Below, one piece after another: positions 57,001 through 64,000 of a stretch of DNA of 64,000 nt. The position numbers and the translations under genes are program-made. This DNA comes from Giardia intestinalis (lineage: Eukaryota), in the NCBI GenBank assembly GCA_000002435.2, contig CM018789.1; one strand, given 5' to 3'. The notes beneath the pieces were generated by a model. That model was given only the letters and a program-made list of their open reading frames with translations. It made no database searches and was not told the DNA's origin. How positions within the stretch are numbered: the first letter of the stretch is position 1; the number at the start of each line of letters is the position of its first letter.

Positions 57001-58232
57001 CCAAGATTGTTGAGGTAGTAGAGCTCAATCGCATTATCAGCGTCAAAAGTGATCAGCTCGAGTGGGTGGCTGACGCTGCCCTCAAGGCGCACTTAAGTGG
57101 CACTGACGTCCGTGATAGAGCAAAGATCCTCCAATTGACGAAAGCTCAGAACATTAAGGTAGACATAGAACAGCATCAAGGTGCCATTCTGACCATTCGA
57201 GATCGTGTTCTGAACTATATCCTATCGTCTCTCCCCGAGAAGCAATTAGAAAGTGGTCAGATAGCAGAGGAGCTGACGCACTTCATTAAGACTTTGGAGG
57301 ATGAGCTCTCTGACACCATGAACACTCACTTACGGACCCTTGCTCAAACAAAAGACTTTGGAATCTCTGCGGTGGATCAGCACGATTCAGCAAACTTTAG
57401 AGGGCGACTTAATAAAGCAATTCAAACTACATCAAACTCACACGAGAATGCAACCCTCCAGGAACTTCACTCGCTGCAGAACGACTTCGATGTCTTGAAT
57501 GTTTCATACTCTAACACCACCGCGGCCCTGAATGAGGCAATGCTCAAGAATCACGAGCTTGAAAGAGAACATTCTGATATTAAAATGGCCTTTCTGGGTC
57601 TTCAGGAAGAAAACAAAAAGCTGTTACAGGAGCAAGAGAGTCTCCATAAAGACATTATCAACCTACGTGCTAACTTCAAGGAAATTCACAACAATAATTC
57701 ACGAAATCGCGCCTCCGATGCTCGTGACTCTGCCTTGCAAGGGAGCACTCACAAGCTTTCACCGTCCATTCCGCCAATCAACGAATCAATCTCTCATGGG
57801 ATAGATCTGTTCACTAGTGTATTTACCAAGGGCTCATTTAACACTCAAGAACTACGGAAGATGGCATTTGAACATGCCGAGCCTATAAGTGACTGCCTGA
57901 AATGGTTAAAGACAGCACGCAGCACTTTTGATCCTACACTCGTCAGCTCTGCACAACGGCCTCTGAATGCCAGCATCGTCGCTGTGACGTCATCTATTTT
58001 AGAATCTAGTATCATTGGGCCTGCTGGGACAGCTGCCTTCAATCTTTCACCCGAGCATATGGTGCGTGACACTTCACTGACAAAATCTCCAAGACCGAAG
58101 GAAACTCCAGTGAAGCTACACTCGTCTTTGACAACCAGTACGCAGGGGAGAAAGAGCGAAGTGTCTCCTAGACCCAGATTTACATCTAGCAGCAATGTAT
58201 CGCGCTCCCAGCGAACCAAGGATACGGCCTGA
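51090..58232 (+). CDS. giant (2380 aa) N-terminal ankyrin-repeat + long coiled-coil protein
   Basis: The ORF-track start is GTG 51051; the ATG is at 51090 with caattcgtcataaaaatttcgATG, only ~90 nt after the tRNA. N-terminal ETAMMFAAQAGH and GDTALMLAARQNN ankyrin repeats. About 2000 aa of heptad-rich E/K/L/Q sequence. Confidence 0.7.
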   Translation: MANREDWFKAAASGDSAYIAQHLEAGKGSLTDRQETAMMFAAQAGHEAVVRILLNYETLYVNQDGDTALMLAARQNNATICKLLATRERTILNSANRDACVEAVLAGAYQAFTVLYEQAELSSDHNGMTVLDYSSRMKDLRYLRALLSRSDLPIGCVSNTLALALNEQSLQAAHLLEAYLANPRSVSPSRKASVPAEPASPTRCTLEEDDRASTSPHMHAMPIVSAADARTGVQIPVTIPSTITPLVVDPPSILASAPTSVPSDPNYTPAYEGLPSNANDLRIQLFNRLSLEGLTHISDETILFLEALCDQASKAQQYRDQLEIEMNSFEQDRAALLQQLDDMRLLVSQYAEEESARPAVDCSAAQVQAYEPKSPIHLDINAKLQRAREALRLSYRRLNIRKAEAATYKAMKDVAVHSLGPLLDAYGFVSAVSLQPFMKNVREFEKYIETALSSSEKVEEVIPPLIKKGTCCLEDLNEIFLSILESTPNASDFLSLDAHRKGAIKPLAVDLSVGSSLSSSSQRVVSPQTNSPPARLQLSAYTAEKERDMIEKMIVSKITPTSVGLTVTDLHNERDGSSSMKQSANVGTDEPEKRSINLDTSNLLGSARASASKREDEPCVECQSLKIQLAKVRNDHVMIQNEYMILEAKLDEVQKASVRELSDLAEKLSASNETIQNLNNDLDALKDISNRDHITIADLRTQLAEKQQELDDAHTDYELSKEKITSLTSRLAALDTTFTAPTFLEANNGSFNTRMSEAIKQPDHVSKDNFFSLISMNGGSRRESDASELCIQIESPQGPKRIDSATSPGHATSLSNALDSDSALKFATIPRIPDMRQRPHRLNTDVSDATSSQNTHHTNPLRDSEDNVNTETVAMDIQAVLSPQQVVVSRSRSRVPDAVPRVPTASSRKSVKLDSLEQDVSRLTQELRDAREAGKVATGKLQEIGAFSRRVSLQYGCVPPEMPAPIAGAGINGLGESIIRDIVSLEARLNQVSLYNLYDEELRTIYAELKVGGYLSSSAGDLVLEDFVRSRGLSKAVSISLKTVSDMKTALENKDRILSEISTGMSDLDAIISSQQKTISEDKVQIEECTKTLAAQESLVSSLKVYLQDLGAAIFSIDSIERETVDMSEFPKNASEIFTCLTSTVEAHSAICKENALTAQEKLCKLQELLDKKEEELLWMSQASKKSEETVAALTTEVAALKDSERNAILQEKNLAISLDEALEKIKDLERITSLPQKPDINVEALQFEARQVAEQPYLNLIKHITSSSIFSKAVTPKSLQMFKDADGSEKLSPKLLASVLDELSQAVTTSGKALADMRRQLRETTEDLQAAEEEISHKNIRIQTLEREMQRATDHVAELESMPTPEPAIDRELYIEKELYLALESKVSGLSKELSASSQLTTQLKSQLSSKEELITNLQTRNSSLLTAKTEIEATISDQRVQLSDLELQLANSKHDASHFKTLLEDVKLELSNAKSELETRKKEIVSTKRNAEKVLAETHENLSHAESRIMILTKELRETQAEIEDKEEEIARLHSKLREQRVSLSKQNVDATVGAGDPAEAAKAKQEMILKLEMALDDLSSKTSECSKKTKTIETLETQLAELTNKIALLEVTKTDTELRSAQTADAWSKQTDGIVMQCTQLKDFLSSSNAEIHSKFEAVTKKLLYFSMHAQQLVSLHHTFIQEQMEHKAEIETLHKQESLLRNLRAQDSGSINMLNTELADAKRYYSAQLEYKDMELNSLRDQLSVKSNEHNELALSFVALKESLQKAESLRLEQQNMINAEVNATESVAMLSVEVDAAADVTSMKRTEIMQSPNRMVNASVEVCNNEEINQLKVTIHSLQEEIQALQAAREELVNEKQTLLQQNILYKEEIFTTHTLITNKLEPNSVLPTSNQDLSVIALVQRMIAKMKKLEEASLQPVTNYISPSIDAPAVEVSGNRRERPTGDHQRSEPRTSLDTLPIISNLLATKIVEVVELNRIISVKSDQLEWVADAALKAHLSGTDVRDRAKILQLTKAQNIKVDIEQHQGAILTIRDRVLNYILSSLPEKQLESGQIAEELTHFIKTLEDELSDTMNTHLRTLAQTKDFGISAVDQHDSANFRGRLNKAIQTTSNSHENATLQELHSLQNDFDVLNVSYSNTTAALNEAMLKNHELEREHSDIKMAFLGLQEENKKLLQEQESLHKDIINLRANFKEIHNNNSRNRASDARDSALQGSTHKLSPSIPPINESISHGIDLFTSVFTKGSFNTQELRKMAFEHAEPISDCLKWLKTARSTFDPTLVSSAQRPLNASIVAVTSSILESSIIGPAGTAAFNLSPEHMVRDTSLTKSPRPKETPVKLHSSLTTSTQGRKSEVSPRPRFTSSSNVSRSQRTKDTA

Positions 58233-58362
58233 AGAGTTTGAAAAAGCACATTGATATTTCAGTTGGTTGATATGATAAGCAAATGTCGAGGATGTAACTA
58301 TACGATTTTAAAACGCCGTCCAGAGAAAGACTCACAGGTTACTCAAAGCTGGGCGGAAAAAA

Positions 58363-61300
58363 ATGGATGCCAGTAAATGGTTCAGTTACGCTCGTTCATG
58401 CAACTATGTTGAGCTAGAGAGGCACATGGATGAATATGCAGGGCAGACGGATGCCGAGGGATCGACTGCGCTTATGATAGTCGCCGAAATGGGGGCCGTG
58501 GAGTGTGTCCGCCTTCTGGCATCGAAGGAGATCTGCATCGTGAATTCTGCGGGTCATACTGCTCTATTTCTCGCAGCTGTCAACGGACACGGTGATGTAG
58601 TGGATATTTTGGGTCCCCTAGAGGCCAAAACGCTAACCAGTAACGGGGAGGACGCTTTGATGTTGGCCGCGCGCACAGGATCTTCTGCGGCGGTTCCTCT
58701 GCTCAGTCCCTACATTGATCTGCTTCCAAACAAAGATGGGCTCACTGCCCTCGAGCTAGCTATCAATAACGACGCCGCTGGCTTCGTTCTTGCTCTAATT
58801 GAGGCCCGATCTCTGCCTCCTTCTACGGTATCTTCAGCCCTTCAATATGCTATTTCTAAACATGCTCAGAGATGTACGGATGTCCTTAAGAGGGCAATGT
58901 CTATTAAAGCAGGGCAGCTGAACATAGGAATTGGTAAGCCTTCTTCCAGAGGACAAGCTCTTCAGCCAATGGCCCCCTTGTCCGATAGTCCTGCGAAAGG
59001 TTATATAGATACTGACGATCCGACCACTATAATGAAAGCGCTGAGCAAGACTGCGCGACCTATGTCTGCCGGGAGCATATATGCAGGAGTGGGTTCTGAC
59101 AGAAACTTTTCCGGTGTTACAGCAGCTGATATGAACATGGTTCGCAGTCAACAACGACCGGCTTCGTCTTCGGCCGCTCGCTACCGAGCTGGCAAAAGCG
59201 TGGCACAAGAGGCGGGTAACGATGTAAGCATGTCTACTGACACTTCTGTCCTGCAACGAGGGCTCGCTGCGGCTCAAAGGAAGATTGCTATGCTGGAAGA
59301 ACAAATACTTGAGCGAAACGTTGCCGACTCTAGGGCTCATCTCAACGAATACGCATTACAGATTAAGCAGCTCACAGATTTGAAGAATAGAAACGCTAAA
59401 ATGTTGGACGACATGCAGAACCATCTGGCAGACGCTATTGCCGCCACGAAGCGAGTGGAGTGCAAGCTCATGGTTGCGGAGAGGCTCGCTGGCGAGAATG
59501 CTGAGTCTGCCATGGAGGCACATAACACTAACGAGATTGCCTTGCGCGATAGCTTGGCATATTTGCAACAACAGCAAGCCTTCATGGAGGCGCGATCAGA
59601 GCGCCAGGGCATACAGCTTGAGTCTCTCTGCGACACATATCACAAGATGTCTGTGCAGCTCGTCAACCTATGGTACCAGTTGCCCCCAAGCAAGAACCCC
59701 ATAAACGTGGTCGAACTTTTGTCAAAACCTGACTTTCTTCCCAGCAAAGACGAGTTGCCGGTTATGGAGAGGTCTGGTACCGTCACAGACGAGCTGTTCA
59801 CTTGGCTTTACCATAAGATCTGCTTGTTGGCTGACAGTCTAGTCATGGTCATCACAGACGCGATACCTATGGTGGAGGCCAGCTCTTTGAATCATGAGAT
59901 GATAACTGGTGCTTCCGAGGCTGCCTTTTATCGCCAGTCCTTAGCAGCTTTGAAGGCAGAGCTGTTGGGCGCCAGGGCTATTATTACTGAAAGAGAAAGC
60001 ATGTTGGAGAAAGAGCGTGCCTCCGTAAAACAGCTTCAACTTAGAATGCAAGAGCTCAGCACTTTTGGACTATCTAATGAGCAGCACGAGCCAGATCTCA
60101 TCGCACGTGCGTTTCAACTTGAAGCGCAATGCACTGACCTTCAAGCAGAGAATATGTCTTTGAAGCAGGATTTGGCTCATCAAGCTGCGCTGCTCAAACA
60201 CTCAGCAAAGAATGTTTCAGCAAGCGATGTGATTACACGCGCAAATGTCAAGATGTACACACAAGACAGCGATTTAGAACGTCTTCTAGCAGAGAAGGAT
60301 ATTGAAATACAGAAGCTTCGTGAAGAGATTGAGATACTAAACGGGCGCTCAAAGACTTTGAAAGGAGATGCTCATGAAGAGCGACAGAAGCTCCTAAACG
60401 AGATCTATTGCCTAAGAGACATCCTTTATGGAGAACAAGGCGAGATTAATGAGGTCTTGAAAGATGCTGCTAGTAATCTCAAAGACCCAGACCTTTCAGA
60501 CCCGTTGGACAATAAGAGACTTATCAAGACTCTTCGGGAAACCGTTATCTCATTGGCACGTACGCTTCGTCAAGAATCCCTGAAGCGGATAACTGTGTCC
60601 CCAGACTCTCTAGAGTTGCAGGACAGAATTTTGGCTCTTGAGCGTGAGAAGACGGCATTGATGAAGGACCAAGCAAAGTTGAGAAAGGATCTACATGCGT
60701 GTGAACAAGGCGCTGAGGAGGCCAGAAGAGCAGCAGAAGCTCAGGACAAACATAATTCCATGACCATTCAGACACTCCGGTCTGATTACGACGGTCTTCA
60801 GAGGAGATGTGCAGAACTCTTAAAGGCCAAAGGCGTTCCTCTTCCAACTGACGCAAGGGGCATCCCGAAATCTGCGACAGACGTTTTGTCTTCTCTCCAC
60901 AATGCTACGGCTTCTGGTGACTTTTTAGGGCCATCATTCACGTCCCTGGTCCTTGACGCAGCGACAGAGCCTCCCAGATATGACCATCATAACTTGATGG
61001 TAACAGAAATGGGGATAGTCGAAAGTGTCTCTGCTACCCGCGGACACTACGCATACACTGTTGCTGCGGTGCAGACCGACCCCTGTGTTATAGACAAGCA
61101 CGCAGAGTCAGTGATCGCTGAGCTGGATCGGAAGAATTTAGAGTTGTCCAAAAAGCTGTTAGGACTGGATCAAGAGCTAAATGATGCTAAACGCGCCCTC
61201 GGAGCCGTTAATGACATTGACCTGAATGGAATGACCCTAAGAGAATACGTAGAAGCACATAAAAAGCAGGATCAATCCCTAACAGAGGCAAAAGCTAAGT

Positions 61301-62877
61301 TGGCTGCACTTCAAAAGTTAGAAAAGGACCATGACAAAACTCTCAATGAGAATCGCACGCTTGAAGCAAAGTGCCAGGAACTGCAAGCAGAGCTGGGGTC
61401 TCTTCGCGCAAGGATCGACAATGCAAGGTCTGAAGATTCAAATAAACTCACCATCAAGTCGACCTCCATAGTCCCAAATGTGGGTAGCACAGGGCAAGCA
61501 CCGTTACCTCTTACCCCTCTTAATGCGAACATACTGGCACAGTCGAGTTCCAAGCCATTGGCAACTTCTATTGCTGATGCTGGCACAGACGATCATACAG
61601 AAGTGCCTCACAGGTCATTCAACTCTAGCATGCTGGTACCATCGTCGCGACTTGGCGAAAGCATGACAAGGACGCGCCCGAGCTCGTCAAAAATGGGCGC
61701 CATGATTAATAATATGGAGCACAATATGTTAGCGATGGCATCGTTGCAGAGTAGTAGAAACGGGTCCAGGGCTAATTCTAGGACAAATTCGCGCTCGAAT
61801 TCTCGTGGTGGAACCCAGTCTCGTCCTCTGTCTGGCTCTGCATTTGGTAGGTCGTCTATGCAGAGCACCGCCAAAATGGATGGAAGCATGGTCAACTCTT
61901 CTACATTGACATCGTCCAATGCACGAATGTACATTCGCTCCAATTCCAACAGAAGGTATAGCTCAACTGCGTTCGGCGGTCCAGGACACATTTCCGAGTT
62001 TTGTGCACGCCCAGAGCGTCCTCGGTCCCCTGCCGCAGTCGCGGCTAATAAGCTCCATTCTAGGGAGGTTGCTCTCAACCTTGGTCCCAACAGTAGGACC
62101 CCCTACTCGACCCCTCTTATGGATGCTGTGGTTCGACGCGACATGTTTGGGGTGGAGTCGGAGATGGGCCACGCAGGGATGCAGAAGACCGATGGTACCA
62201 CTGCTCTCATGCTAGCCATAACGTGTAATTTTCCCGAGGCAATACCGTTACTAATGAATGTGGAAGCAGGCATGAAAAAAGACAACGGAGACACAGCACT
62301 GTCCCTTGCAGTCCGGGCAGAGATGTACGACATTGCTCGTCTCTTAACTCCTAGAGAAGGCTTGGACATCTCTGGCTACTCCAAGGAGAACAATAGGATC
62401 ACGGAGTTAATGGTCGCTGCGGCCAAAAACGACGTGTATACGGTTTGGTGTCTACGCTCGCTACAGGGCGGACTTACTGATCTCAGTGGACGCACAGCCC
62501 TTATGTACGCAGCTAAAAGAAGCGCTGTCAATTGTCTGAAAATACTGGATGCTGAGGTCGGACTTAAGGACAACAACGGGGAGACAGCCCTTATGATGGC
62601 TGCATCGATGGGATTGGTAGAGGTGGTGAAGGTCTTAGCGCCACTGGAGCATTCCATTCAAACACCGGTCCACCATCCTAGTGGCCACAAATGTACGGCG
62701 CTCATGCTTGCGATACTAAACAACCACCTCCATGTTTGCCATTACCTTGCACCTTATGAGGGTGGTCTGAGGGATGAAGATAATCAATCAGCGCTCGACT
62801 ATCTATTGGCCAACAAGAGTGCTGCAGACAGCGACACGTTCCAGCGTGTTAGAGCCCTCCTGATGCAATGTTGTTGA
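58363..62877 (+). CDS. ankyrin-repeat + coiled-coil protein (1504 aa) with ankyrin blocks at both termini
   Basis: ATG at 58363 with gggcggaaaaaaATG. N-terminal GSTALMIVAEMG, GHTALFLAAVNGH, GEDALMLAARTG. Central coiled coil. C-terminal GTTALMLAITCN, GDTALSLAVRAE, GRTALMYAAKRS, GETALMMAASMG. Confidence 0.7.
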   Translation: MDASKWFSYARSCNYVELERHMDEYAGQTDAEGSTALMIVAEMGAVECVRLLASKEICIVNSAGHTALFLAAVNGHGDVVDILGPLEAKTLTSNGEDALMLAARTGSSAAVPLLSPYIDLLPNKDGLTALELAINNDAAGFVLALIEARSLPPSTVSSALQYAISKHAQRCTDVLKRAMSIKAGQLNIGIGKPSSRGQALQPMAPLSDSPAKGYIDTDDPTTIMKALSKTARPMSAGSIYAGVGSDRNFSGVTAADMNMVRSQQRPASSSAARYRAGKSVAQEAGNDVSMSTDTSVLQRGLAAAQRKIAMLEEQILERNVADSRAHLNEYALQIKQLTDLKNRNAKMLDDMQNHLADAIAATKRVECKLMVAERLAGENAESAMEAHNTNEIALRDSLAYLQQQQAFMEARSERQGIQLESLCDTYHKMSVQLVNLWYQLPPSKNPINVVELLSKPDFLPSKDELPVMERSGTVTDELFTWLYHKICLLADSLVMVITDAIPMVEASSLNHEMITGASEAAFYRQSLAALKAELLGARAIITERESMLEKERASVKQLQLRMQELSTFGLSNEQHEPDLIARAFQLEAQCTDLQAENMSLKQDLAHQAALLKHSAKNVSASDVITRANVKMYTQDSDLERLLAEKDIEIQKLREEIEILNGRSKTLKGDAHEERQKLLNEIYCLRDILYGEQGEINEVLKDAASNLKDPDLSDPLDNKRLIKTLRETVISLARTLRQESLKRITVSPDSLELQDRILALEREKTALMKDQAKLRKDLHACEQGAEEARRAAEAQDKHNSMTIQTLRSDYDGLQRRCAELLKAKGVPLPTDARGIPKSATDVLSSLHNATASGDFLGPSFTSLVLDAATEPPRYDHHNLMVTEMGIVESVSATRGHYAYTVAAVQTDPCVIDKHAESVIAELDRKNLELSKKLLGLDQELNDAKRALGAVNDIDLNGMTLREYVEAHKKQDQSLTEAKAKLAALQKLEKDHDKTLNENRTLEAKCQELQAELGSLRARIDNARSEDSNKLTIKSTSIVPNVGSTGQAPLPLTPLNANILAQSSSKPLATSIADAGTDDHTEVPHRSFNSSMLVPSSRLGESMTRTRPSSSKMGAMINNMEHNMLAMASLQSSRNGSRANSRTNSRSNSRGGTQSRPLSGSAFGRSSMQSTAKMDGSMVNSSTLTSSNARMYIRSNSNRRYSSTAFGGPGHISEFCARPERPRSPAAVAANKLHSREVALNLGPNSRTPYSTPLMDAVVRRDMFGVESEMGHAGMQKTDGTTALMLAITCNFPEAIPLLMNVEAGMKKDNGDTALSLAVRAEMYDIARLLTPREGLDISGYSKENNRITELMVAAAKNDVYTVWCLRSLQGGLTDLSGRTALMYAAKRSAVNCLKILDAEVGLKDNNGETALMMAASMGLVEVVKVLAPLEHSIQTPVHHPSGHKCTALMLAILNNHLHVCHYLAPYEGGLRDEDNQSALDYLLANKSAADSDTFQRVRALLMQCC

Positions 62878-64000
62878 TGCTTCCGCACAGCATACTGTAT
62901 GTGATTGGGCGACGCACTGCAGTGGTTGCTCCATCGCTGTAAATATACACCAGCTCCTTGTCTAGAATGCCCGCCTCACGCTTATTCATTGCTTCGAGCT
63001 CGTTTTCGACTCTCTCATATAGGCTAAGGACACTAGAATCTATGTCTGCATATGATTTCCACTGAGCGGGACTGGAGAGGAGACGATCCCGCATGCTCTC
63101 AAGGATCTGCAGGCTGTTAGTAGGCACACTCCGGTAAACGGTATCCCATATTTGCGTACTTGAAAGAGTAAAGTTGTGTCCAAAGCTATCAGTTCCAAAT
63201 GGCGTGGGAGCTCTCTGGGAGTTGAGGGTGCTTGAATTGGTGTGAGACATACGCCCCTGCGGATCGTCAGGCTCTTGTGTTAAGTTTATAGAAAGCCCAA
63301 TATCATAGATAATGGAAGCAAGAGTGATTGATGAAAGACGTGCAGCAGGCGGCATTATAAGAACGTTGCCAATATCAGGCGTTCCTAAGCTGACCATTGC
63401 AACAGACAGTGGGAGCAGTTCGCTCGCAAAGAGAAGGCTGCGGGCCCCAATACTAGCCAAACAGAGGGGGGAGGCAGTGGTGTAATACGTATCTAAAGGC
63501 AAAGTATTTCGTTGTGACAGGGTTCCGAGACGGATTGCCGAAGGATAGAGCAATGAGGTGTAGATGTTATCATGTGTTCTTAAAGGTAATGGTGAGTAAA
63601 GAAGATCAGTGTTCAGCTGCACCAAGGCAGCCAGCACTAACCTCTTAGTAACGTTGATTACACTCTGCTGATAGATGGAGGAGATTGTAGTTAAAAAATT
63701 AATGTAAACATGATTGGATACATGATTATCAATGTCAAATTTTTGAAGCAATCCGATTTCTGCTGCATGATCTTCTAAGCGGTGTACTGCCTTTTCAAGT
63801 TCATCGTCGCTATAGTTCAAGAATGAAAGCATAGCAATCATAATGGCAGTGGACCGAACTGAGCGATCCAATGGGTTCAAATTGTTTGAGTGGAGGAACT
63901 TGGTCAGGATCTGATCAGAGGAGTCATCGTGACGAGTGTGGTGTGTAGATATTAGATACTTGTAGTTCTGCGTGGCCACAGCTCGTGCCAGGTCAATATA
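62849..64000 (-). CDS. hypothetical protein, partial (5' end beyond right window edge); 3' end overlaps convergent gene by 29 bp
   Basis: The minus-strand ORF is open from the window edge to the stop at 62849. The ORF-track 'M' at 63979 is GTG, so the true start is presumably outside the window. No recognised family. Confidence 0.4.
   Translation of the reverse strand, partial: YIDLARAVATQNYKYLISTHHTRHDDSSDQILTKFLHSNNLNPLDRSVRSTAIMIAMLSFLNYSDDELEKAVHRLEDHAAEIGLLQKFDIDNHVSNHVYINFLTTISSIYQQSVINVTKRLVLAALVQLNTDLLYSPLPLRTHDNIYTSLLYPSAIRLGTLSQRNTLPLDTYYTTASPLCLASIGARSLLFASELLPLSVAMVSLGTPDIGNVLIMPPAARLSSITLASIIYDIGLSINLTQEPDDPQGRMSHTNSSTLNSQRAPTPFGTDSFGHNFTLSSTQIWDTVYRSVPTNSLQILESMRDRLLSSPAQWKSYADIDSSVLSLYERVENELEAMNKREAGILDKELVYIYSDGATTAVRRPITYSMLCGSINNIASGGL

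Noticed and set aside
1-64000. Prokaryotic interpretation (operons, CRISPR, RBS)
   Set aside because: No repeat-spacer arrays and no Shine-Dalgarno patterning were seen. The proteins are eukaryotic families (SNARE, nucleoporin RRM, BZW, ADA2-like, NEK, ankyrin 21.1) and there is a eukaryotic-type tRNA. Gene organisation and signals fit Giardia.

Overview
This window is eukaryotic, not prokaryotic. It is best explained as a chromosomal segment of the diplomonad Giardia intestinalis (inference from the features below, not from any database search).

Evidence for that assignment:
- Many 'Protein 21.1'-type ankyrin proteins with reiterated G(x)TALM(x)AA repeats.
- NEK-like (pseudo)kinase–ankyrin fusions.
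- Very tightly packed, essentially intron-free genes on both strands.
- Strongly AT-rich initiator elements in the ~20 nt immediately upstream of the ATG.
- AGTRAAY poly(A) signals overlapping or just 3' of stop codons.
- A GilM/GilT-like non-LTR retroelement remnant.

The supplied ORF track starts ORFs at TTG/GTG/CTG and translates them as M. I re-anchored gene starts to the first in-frame ATG preceded by an AT-rich initiator. About 30 protein-coding genes are supportable.

Genes recognisable from the sequence:
- AK6/Fap7 adenylate kinase.
- ITPA/Ham1 inosine triphosphate pyrophosphatase.
- HACD/Phs1 3-hydroxyacyl-CoA dehydratase.
- A PTRHD1 (PTH2-like) protein.
- A Clp1/Grc3/NOL9-family P-loop kinase.
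- A BZW/5MP W2-domain protein.
- A Nudix hydrolase.
- A longin-domain SNARE.
- An APC-type amino-acid transporter.
- A Nup35-type RRM mini-protein.
- Giant proteins: a 3181-aa kinase plus pseudo-phosphatase protein, a 1954-aa protein with a ZZ+SANT N-terminus, and 2380-aa and 1504-aa ankyrin/coiled-coil proteins.
- One tRNA-Pro(AGG) gene.

Most unusual structures:
- A ~5.3-kb palindrome (7010-12352) whose 1.2-kb arms are 100% identical inverted copies. Each arm carries a complete 21.1 ankyrin gene, and the arms bracket a GC-rich, frameshifted non-LTR retrotransposon remnant (RT plus CCHC/REL-endonuclease).
- A candidate spliceosomal intron (6601-6704) in a high-GC3 membrane-protein gene that otherwise lacks an ATG.
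- A kinase fused to a catalytically dead DUSP-like domain inside a giant ORF.

No CRISPR or prokaryotic operon features are present.
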